A stretch of 64,000 bases of DNA from a virus. Lineage: Duplodnaviria > Caudoviricetes. The stretch is from positions 52 through 64,051 of IMG/VR virus record IMGVR_UViG_3300033141_003854. One strand, given 5' to 3'. Positions 57,610 through 64,000 of this stretch are shown piece by piece. The notes under the pieces were generated by a model. That model did not search any database and was not told where the DNA came from. It was given only the letters and a program-made list of their open reading frames with translations. A program made the translations under genes and the position numbers. Position 1 is the stretch's first letter, and every line of letters begins with the position of its first letter.

Positions 57610-57652
57610 ATTCTACCGCAAAAGGCAAAAACAAACATTAGAATTAGATTAA
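57610..57652 (-). promoter_or_regulatory. Direct-repeat class promoter heading the glyco island
   Basis: Minus strand TTAA-N7-CTAA-N22-TAGAAT. Confidence 0.72.
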
Positions 57653-57655
57653 TAT

Positions 57656-57982
57656 CTACTTCAATAACCCTCCACGACCTAATTTCCCATCACTGCCCTT
57701 GAACCAGGAGTAGTACAGCGAAGCTACACCATATACAGCAAAGAATATTACGGGAAAATTCTCTCTAGTAATATCTGCAAAATCTAAACTGCCTGCCAGC
57801 CACATCTCTAAGATCGCAACCAGACCGGCTACAATGCCTGTTACCACAATGGCTAACCGATCCTCCACGGGTTTACCCAGAAGTGCGCTCAGACCTCGCT
57901 TTATTAACTGAGAAATCGGCGAACCGGCGGCAGCTACAACCAGCATAATCAACACGTAAAACATATCTTGGTAGGTTTCCAT
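57656..57982 (-). CDS. Three-TM membrane protein, holin-like
   Basis: Three hydrophobic helices, 108 aa, AAGGAG RBS. Confidence 0.6.
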   Translation of the reverse strand: METYQDMFYVLIMLVVAAAGSPISQLIKRGLSALLGKPVEDRLAIVVTGIVAGLVAILEMWLAGSLDFADITRENFPVIFFAVYGVASLYYSWFKGSDGKLGRGGLLK

Positions 57983-57994
57983 TTTATTTTCTCC

Positions 57995-58234
57995 TTAAGG
58001 CAATTGTTTGCCTTGCTCTTTCAAATCATAAATTCGCTGAACTCTTACAGAACGTTGAATTTCTTGCGGCCTTGAAATACTGGGAACTGCTACACTGGCA
58101 ATAGCGTCTATAATATCTGCCTTGCTCATACTTCTATTAATTTTGACATCATAAAAACCTGCCAGAGTATATAATTCTCGTTTCTTTAGCCTTTTCAATT
58201 CTGACATTGACCAAATCTTTAGTCTTTCATCCAC
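57995..58234 (-). CDS. Rho-N/HeH-like small protein
   Basis: ELKRLKKRELYTLA...MSKADIIDAI. Confidence 0.65.
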   Translation of the reverse strand: MDERLKIWSMSELKRLKKRELYTLAGFYDVKINRSMSKADIIDAIASVAVPSISRPQEIQRSVRVQRIYDLKEQGKQLP

Positions 58235-58483
58235 TTACCTGCCTCCTCCAACCGTCCACCTTCGGACATCATCTTCATTTGCTAATCGAAATATCCTTCG
58301 CTTATTTCCTCCACAACAGGTTTTCGTCATAGATAACACGGTGTCAACATACTGTTCAGGTATCCAAGCCATGCAGATATTTGCTCTTACCCCAAAGAAA
58401 TATTCCACTCCCCCCAATCTGATAATCTTTGGAATTGTTTGATAGTGTTTTATGGCAACATTGCCATTATCATCTTTTATCAT
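58235..58483 (-). CDS. Small virion-operon protein with CCGG motif
   Basis: VLSMTKTCCGGNKRRIF. Confidence 0.7.
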   Translation of the reverse strand: MIKDDNGNVAIKHYQTIPKIIRLGGVEYFFGVRANICMAWIPEQYVDTVLSMTKTCCGGNKRRIFRLANEDDVRRWTVGGGR

Positions 58484-58761
58484 GCCGAATGAATTACAGA
58501 TTTTATGCTTCTAATTGAATCAGGATAGGAGGGAGGAAAGATCAATGTCTTAGAAATAAACCAGGTCTCTACATCGCGAACGTCTGGCGATTCTTTAAAA
58601 TCAATGTCGCCAGAACGGTTCATTACATAGACGTACGGAATATCATTGCGAAAGCAAAACCTTTGCCTTCTGATGTCTGTTTTATCAATTTCAACCAATG
58701 TTGCGCCATAAGCTAAAAAAGCTGCGGCTAAATACATATCATTGACTTTTATATCATCCAT
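58480..58761 (-). CDS. Hypothetical protein (DUF5659-like)
   Basis: DMYLAAAFLAYG..L..ID....F.F pattern. Confidence 0.6.
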   Translation of the reverse strand: MDDIKVNDMYLAAAFLAYGATLVEIDKTDIRRQRFCFRNDIPYVYVMNRSGDIDFKESPDVRDVETWFISKTLIFPPSYPDSIRSIKSVIHSA

Positions 58762-58778
58762 ATAATTATCCTTAATTT

Positions 58779-58824
58779 TGGTTTGGGGCAGATAGAAAGG
58801 AGTAAAAGATTCTGCCCCAAACCA
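58779..58824 (-). other. Strong hairpin after the capsid gene
   Basis: TGGTTTGGGGCAGA/TCTGCCCCAAACCA; no U-tract on the minus strand, so probably stabilising rather than terminating. Confidence 0.7.
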
Positions 58825-58836
58825 GTCAGTAAAATA

Positions 58837-60021
58837 TTATCCAATCGCCGTGCAGGTCGAAGCGATCCTGCCGGTAAACTGGCTAGTATATTTTCCTTGA
58901 GCGCAGCACGCCTTTATCACAAGCGCAGTAGCCGCCCAAACCTCAAAGGAAATGGCAGTACAGCCCGGTACAAGATCGTTCAGGCTCAAAGGAATTTGAG
59001 TCAGCCGGTAAACCAGTGGTTCACCATTATGCGTCATGCGTAATGCCCACAGATCAGCCTGGAAGTTCCCGCCTCCGATGTTAGTTCGGCGGAAGTTATT
59101 GTCAGCTACAACCACCAAGCGACCCACACCAGTATTGACGAAACCAGCGAAGTTAAAGCCTGGGGTAATGCGGTTGCCATCGGCAAAGTTCACTACCTGA
59201 GAACCAGCAAAGCCAAGCTGGAAGTAGCCGCTCAGCATTTCCTGAATTGCCTGTGGATGCCCAAAAACATGCGTAGGCTTTGCACAACTTTCACTCACGA
59301 AGCGGTCAAAGGCAGCCGCAGAGAATGAACCAGATGCGCTATTGTCGTTGGTGTGCATAGTGCAGGACATATTTGTAGCCCAATTCTCGATACCATCAAA
59401 TTCAAGAGAATTGGTATTTGAATCACCCTGAACAAGCAGACGATCCCACCCGTTCATCACCAAGACCATTGCGGTGCGGACTTCTTTTTCCTTCACGCCC
59501 AGTACAACTTCACGTTGGAAAGATGCAAGATCAGAGCCGCCGGGTACGCCTTCGCCAGTAGGAAAGCCACCAACTAAAGTGTTGATGCCATGCCAGCCTG
59601 CGCGGGCAACTGCGGTAGAGTGCATGATGTCACGAATAGATAATGTTTTCTTTGCGCCGATGTTTTTAATATTGACGGTTGTATTGTCACCATCATGCGT
59701 ATATTCTTCTGGACATTCACCATCTGCAAATGCAATGTAGCTAGAGCCAGAAGTAAACTCTAACGAAGTCATTTCCCGCCAGGTGTACGAGTTCAAAGAA
59801 GTACCAATTTCGGGAATCGCCTGGAGCAAGGTAACTTCCTCGCACATAGCGATAACTTCAGTAGGATCAAGCGGGGTTGGATATTGTGCGGTAAAATCCG
59901 CAGGTTGAGAATAAGGTTGAGGAAGAATAACCGGATCAGTCGTCTTGGAAACAAACGCTTTTTCCTTCGCAGCGCCTTCACCAAGATTTAGAACCGGCTC
60001 TCCCGTAATAGGATTAGGCAT
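58837..60021 (-). CDS. Major capsid protein
   Basis: 394 aa after protease/scaffold; LVQGD....LEFDGI motif; GGAGG RBS; own promoter and 3' hairpin. Confidence 0.9.
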   Translation of the reverse strand: MPNPITGEPVLNLGEGAAKEKAFVSKTTDPVILPQPYSQPADFTAQYPTPLDPTEVIAMCEEVTLLQAIPEIGTSLNSYTWREMTSLEFTSGSSYIAFADGECPEEYTHDGDNTTVNIKNIGAKKTLSIRDIMHSTAVARAGWHGINTLVGGFPTGEGVPGGSDLASFQREVVLGVKEKEVRTAMVLVMNGWDRLLVQGDSNTNSLEFDGIENWATNMSCTMHTNDNSASGSFSAAAFDRFVSESCAKPTHVFGHPQAIQEMLSGYFQLGFAGSQVVNFADGNRITPGFNFAGFVNTGVGRLVVVADNNFRRTNIGGGNFQADLWALRMTHNGEPLVYRLTQIPLSLNDLVPGCTAISFEVWAATALVIKACCAQGKYTSQFTGRIASTCTAIG

Positions 60022-60084
60022 TGTCAGACCTCCAAAAATTTTTTATTCGATCTGACGCTAAATAGCTTTACCAGAATTGTATCT

Positions 60085-60093
60085 ATTATAGCA
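60085..60093 (-). promoter_or_regulatory. Extended -10 promoter for the capsid gene
   Basis: Minus strand TG-C-TATAAT. Confidence 0.6.
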
Positions 60094-60098
60094 CAAAA

Positions 60099-61859
60099 TT
60101 ATACAGTTCGCTCAAGAATTTCACGAAGTTTTGGCGTCGGGCTTTTTACGGCCGGTTTTGACTTTTGCAAAAGATCGCTTTGCATATCAAAAGTAGGCCT
60201 CAAGCTGCGCCGTTCGGGAATTGCTTTATTCGTTGAAACCTGCTGAGATAACTGTGTAGTTAGAAGATTTAGCTGCTCAATTACTGGACGTAATGCCTCC
60301 GAAAAGGCAGAAACTACATCATTGGTCGTTGATTCTTCTTTGGGCTTATTTTCAGATGTGACGCTCTCTTTAATTGTCTCACCCAATTCATTGAAAACCA
60401 ACTGAATTTCTTTTAGCTTATCTTCCGGCGTCGCCATTTCAGACGCCATTACATTATCGTAAGTGGCTTTCAAATTCATAATAGCATCATCCAGCGGGTG
60501 AGGTTGCGGCTTGATAAGAGATTTAATCTCTTTCAATTCAGAAAGAACTACATCTTCGGTTTCGGCCTTCCACTCTAAACCTTCGCTCTTGTAAAGAGCT
60601 TTCAGCTTTTTAAGAGCAGTAGCTTTACCTGGGCCTTCATATTTCTTGCCGCGATAGCCTTCAGTCAGGGCCGCTTTAGCCGCTCCCATCAACCGGTGAT
60701 CGGGATTACCACTACAATCTTTGACAGGCAAATGCCAAGTACTTGGTTTGTTGGGGTCTTCAACCACTAAAAAGGCAGATGCAGGTTTATTGCAGCCGCC
60801 ATGCTTTTTAGTTTTAGCACGTTCCTCTACCGGCTTGGTTTCTTCTGCCGCTTTCACTTCTTTTTCCGTCTCAAGATCAGCGGCCCCTTCAAGAGCAACT
60901 TCTTCCGTAATTTTCTTTTCGTCATCAGACTTAATTACCAAAGCCTCAGATTTCCCAACAATTTTTGCCTGTTTTTCTTCTAATTCTTCCGCTAGTTCTT
61001 CACCAATAATTGTAGCAGCGTCTTCTTTTCGAGTAGCCATAGATTTATCTACCTCCATAAGAGTTCTTGTGTTTACTGGAACTCTAGTCATTGCTAAATG
61101 TATCAATTGTCCACGCAGATACACCTTTCCTTTTTGTTCTCCAGTTATCATTTCTCTGAGACATTCAGGACAAAAATCGTCTAGTGTCTCCCGCTCAAAA
61201 ATAAAACCATTGCTTTTATGTTTATGTTTATAGTCCAGAAATGCTATTGATACCCGCACTTTGTTGTCATTATCTTTATTATCACCATACAAATCATCAC
61301 AGACTGCCTTAAAACATGCTCGGCCTAATTTGGTGTCCCAAAATGTGCCTTTAGCCTTCAGGAATTTGCCATCAACGTAAATTACCTTCACATCGCCAGG
61401 CACACCATCACCATCAAAATCTGGATAATGAGATACCGACAGGTACGGCATCCCGCCCTTCCAAAATTCACTTCTAAAGTGTTCAGGCGCAAGTTCATTT
61501 TTATTAATGCGATCTAAGAAGTCATTATAAAGCTCTAGGCTCATATTATCGCCATAACTATCTTCGTCAATGTCGGAGGTATCCGCACGCCAGCGCATTT
61601 CCCCTGTAGCTTTATCAAACGATGCCCGTTTAATTGTTAAACTAAATTCCTGAACGTCAGCCTTGGGAACCCATTTATCGCCAGCTTTACGGTATTTGCG
61701 TTTTACTGCGCTCCACGCAATCCTCGCAGCACAGGCATCACGTTCCTTTTTGCTACTTTGTGTGCATGTATGCTCATAAGCATTATTAAATGCGGCTACA
61801 TAAATATCTTTGGCCTGTTGCGGAAGATTTCCAGGGGCTTCCTCAATTGTAATGGGCAT
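60099..61859 (-). CDS. Prohead protease/scaffold with N-terminal ChaB domain
   Basis: ChaB pattern LP..A..IY..AFN.AY...A..IAWSAVK..Y.K..DKWV; protease-like VSH, VSIAF, LIHLAMTRVPVN; helical C-terminus. Confidence 0.8.
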   Translation of the reverse strand: MPITIEEAPGNLPQQAKDIYVAAFNNAYEHTCTQSSKKERDACAARIAWSAVKRKYRKAGDKWVPKADVQEFSLTIKRASFDKATGEMRWRADTSDIDEDSYGDNMSLELYNDFLDRINKNELAPEHFRSEFWKGGMPYLSVSHYPDFDGDGVPGDVKVIYVDGKFLKAKGTFWDTKLGRACFKAVCDDLYGDNKDNDNKVRVSIAFLDYKHKHKSNGFIFERETLDDFCPECLREMITGEQKGKVYLRGQLIHLAMTRVPVNTRTLMEVDKSMATRKEDAATIIGEELAEELEEKQAKIVGKSEALVIKSDDEKKITEEVALEGAADLETEKEVKAAEETKPVEERAKTKKHGGCNKPASAFLVVEDPNKPSTWHLPVKDCSGNPDHRLMGAAKAALTEGYRGKKYEGPGKATALKKLKALYKSEGLEWKAETEDVVLSELKEIKSLIKPQPHPLDDAIMNLKATYDNVMASEMATPEDKLKEIQLVFNELGETIKESVTSENKPKEESTTNDVVSAFSEALRPVIEQLNLLTTQLSQQVSTNKAIPERRSLRPTFDMQSDLLQKSKPAVKSPTPKLREILERTV

Positions 61860-61865
61860 AACAAC

Positions 61866-62177
61866 TTACTCCACATACAAAACTGAAAACTTGTCTTTCC
61901 AGCCCAAACTGATAAGATGAACTAGAAAGGACGTTATCATTCCCATTATAATCTCATTTATCCCATTTACATAAAAATTAAAGATATTTGCGTGCAGAAC
62001 AACGGCTAAAAATAGGTAAACCCAAAAACCCAGACAAAGATCGCATTTCCAAAGTTTATTCAGGCATCCTCTAAACCACTTCCCAACCAAAGGCAAATGA
62101 TCCAGAGGAAAGACCTGAATAAAATAGATTGTTAATTTTCCTACGACAGCAAAAATTATATATTCTAATACTGTCAT
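61866..62177 (-). CDS. DUF1360-like membrane protein
   Basis: LWKCDLCLGFWV followed by TM helices. Confidence 0.65.
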   Translation of the reverse strand: MTVLEYIIFAVVGKLTIYFIQVFPLDHLPLVGKWFRGCLNKLWKCDLCLGFWVYLFLAVVLHANIFNFYVNGINEIIMGMITSFLVHLISLGWKDKFSVLYVE

Positions 62178-62443
62178 TTATCCAAGACCAAAATATACAT
62201 CATCTCATAGCCTTCTGGCATTGACTGAATGAGATGAGTAGCAAATAATTTATAGCCCTGCATATAATATTCTGCCAGCCGTTTTTCTACCTTCTCAGCA
62301 GTAGTAAACACGCCGGTTACTGTATCTTCAACGCCCATCCGAGAAATAATACGGGTAACGTGTCGAACGGGTAACAATTTTTCTTGCTTTTCAATAAGCT
62401 GTTCAACCTTAGTAGCATCTTTTTGTTTACTTGTGATCGCCAT
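62174..62443 (-). CDS. Hypothetical protein
   Basis: AAGGAG RBS. Confidence 0.7.
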   Translation of the reverse strand: MAITSKQKDATKVEQLIEKQEKLLPVRHVTRIISRMGVEDTVTGVFTTAEKVEKRLAEYYMQGYKLFATHLIQSMPEGYEMMYILVLDK

Positions 62444-62463
62444 CTTAAAATCTCCTTTTGGTA

Positions 62464-62492
62464 ATTATCATTCAATCTTTTTAGCGTGTCAA
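62464..62492 (-). promoter_or_regulatory. Sigma70-type promoter for the head operon
   Basis: Minus strand TTGACA-N17-GATAAT. Confidence 0.7.
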
Positions 62493-62502
62493 GTGCTATT
62501 GT

Positions 62503-63978
62503 TTAAATAATCTTGCTTAATTCTTCAACAATTAGGGTCTTTACGTCATCATCAGCATCTTCATAAATCTCCTCTATCTGTTCAAATGCCTTTTTAAATT
62601 CTTCATTCTGTAATGCAATTTCAAGTGCATCAGAACGAGGTATAACTTCACCATGACCGCCATCAGAAGGCGCAATGGGTCTACCTAACAATCCTGGCCG
62701 TTCGGGTTTTTCTTCTTCTGCTGGAATTCTGTCCTTTAGTTCTTCTGGTATTTTTTCAGGAATGGAAATGGAAATCAGTCCGTCAGCAATTATTTGTTGT
62801 CTAACCTCCTCAGGCAAGAATACGCCATCTTTGATAAGCTGAGAAAAAGCGGTAGCATTGGCTAACCTAGCTCTGCCAAGCGCAACGCTCAATTCATCAT
62901 CCAGATCAATCCATTTAAATTCAAGATAGGGTGGCAACATGCGATCAAAGAACAGTTTTAATTTTTTCTTTAGAATCGCTACGCCAGTTCGTCTTGTCCT
63001 GCGTTCTTGTCGGATTGAGCCTGCCAGGGTTTCTCCACCGCTGGACGTGGTTTGTATACCAATATCAGACAAAGATATACCATAAGCCGCACAAGCAATA
63101 GCGGCATACTTCAAAGTGGCCTTATCAAACATCAATTCTGTTGGTGAACGGGTAAACGAAACAAATTTAACTTCGCTTTCATGCTCATATAGAACGGGAA
63201 TTTTGAATGGGTCTATACCACCTAATAAGTCTCGCCAGGATTTTACCCATTCTTTTGCGCTATCCTCTGCCATATTTCCTAAATCAAGAATACCAATTTC
63301 AGGAGTATCCAACAGAAGATTGGCATAATATCTATCGCCTCTATTCAGCAGTTCAAGAGCCAAATAAATCTTTTCAGGAGGGGCCATGCCCCAACCATAA
63401 CGTTTTATCTCCGTTCTGGGAGACATAAACATTCGGTTGATTGCATGTTTGGGGAAATAAATTGGCTTATCAGCTAATTCTTTCAACCGCTGACCGACAG
63501 GCCAATCTTTGTTCAAAGTAGGAAATAATGTGCCACCATCAAGAGGTTCGATCCAAACCAGACGATTTTTATTTTCATCCGTGGGCGGAGTATCATTTTC
63601 CCATCCAAGTTCAACCGCTGCCCCAAAGGGAATATCTAAACAATCCTTCAATACCCGCTCTACGAGATCAACATAATCATGCCCAGAACCCTGCTCAAAG
63701 AATTTCTCATAATATTCAATATCATCTTTATGTTCATCACGCTTTGTGCTGTCTCTAGGCTCGATTTTCCACTCTAGCGCAGTAATGTTAGAAATCAGAG
63801 TTTCTCTACATACAGTAGCTATGGGTTGGTTAGCTACAACCAAACGCCACAATTCAGCATCAAACCATTGAGGCTGTTGCCACATTGGTAAGAACCGAGT
63901 TAAATATTCCGGCAATTGTAGGCTTCTTTGGCCTTTTTCTCTACTTTGAGATGGGGGAGTTGTTTTTACTTTAGGCAT
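62503..63978 (-). CDS. Portal protein
   Basis: 491 aa following terL across the circular join; GWGMAPPE, IACAAYGISLSDIG, LEFKWID portal-like motifs. Confidence 0.9.
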   Translation of the reverse strand: MPKVKTTPPSQSREKGQRSLQLPEYLTRFLPMWQQPQWFDAELWRLVVANQPIATVCRETLISNITALEWKIEPRDSTKRDEHKDDIEYYEKFFEQGSGHDYVDLVERVLKDCLDIPFGAAVELGWENDTPPTDENKNRLVWIEPLDGGTLFPTLNKDWPVGQRLKELADKPIYFPKHAINRMFMSPRTEIKRYGWGMAPPEKIYLALELLNRGDRYYANLLLDTPEIGILDLGNMAEDSAKEWVKSWRDLLGGIDPFKIPVLYEHESEVKFVSFTRSPTELMFDKATLKYAAIACAAYGISLSDIGIQTTSSGGETLAGSIRQERRTRRTGVAILKKKLKLFFDRMLPPYLEFKWIDLDDELSVALGRARLANATAFSQLIKDGVFLPEEVRQQIIADGLISISIPEKIPEELKDRIPAEEEKPERPGLLGRPIAPSDGGHGEVIPRSDALEIALQNEEFKKAFEQIEEIYEDADDDVKTLIVEELSKII

Positions 63979-64000
63979 ATTTACCTGCTCAGCAATTTAT
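63938..64000. repeat. Terminal direct repeat (circular assembly overlap), copy 2
   Basis: Identical to 1-63; portal start codon at 63978 corresponds to position 41, just downstream of the terL stop at 77. Confidence 0.97.

Overview
The window is essentially one complete, circularly assembled tailed-phage genome of about 63.9 kb. Bases 1-63 recur exactly at 63938-64000, and terminase and portal genes are contiguous across that join. It has siphovirus-type architecture (tape measure and tail tube, no sheath seen). The minus strand carries packaging and virion genes (2653->1, then 64000->28296). The plus strand carries small accessory genes, a DNA methyltransferase and a full replication/recombination set: SF1 helicase, primase, DnaB-like helicase, PolA with Leu762, UDG-like protein, RecA and a RuvC-like nuclease. 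No integrase was recognised. The endolysin looks, from memory only, like a family seen in Anaerolineae (Chloroflexota), so the host is a guess. Main result: a 12.7-kb glycan-building island sits between the capsid and neck genes. It encodes 7 glycosyltransferases, a sulfotransferase, a methyltransferase, an RfbH 3-dehydrase and two RmlD-like reductases. In parallel, [S/T]-G-[S/T] tripeptides are strongly enriched in surface-exposed virion proteins and absent from the ten large internal or non-structural proteins checked. Together these suggest a phage-encoded, sequon-directed, sulfated virion glycosylation system. Also seen: a fixed-geometry promoter class (YTAA-N7-YTAA-N22-[-10]) at seven sites, a dispersed 15-bp palindrome at eight sites, a 22-bp Fur-like palindrome present twice, an array of microgenes with repeated leaders, several structured RNA candidates and two degenerate tRNAs. 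All calls are by eye; no database searches or folding programs were run.
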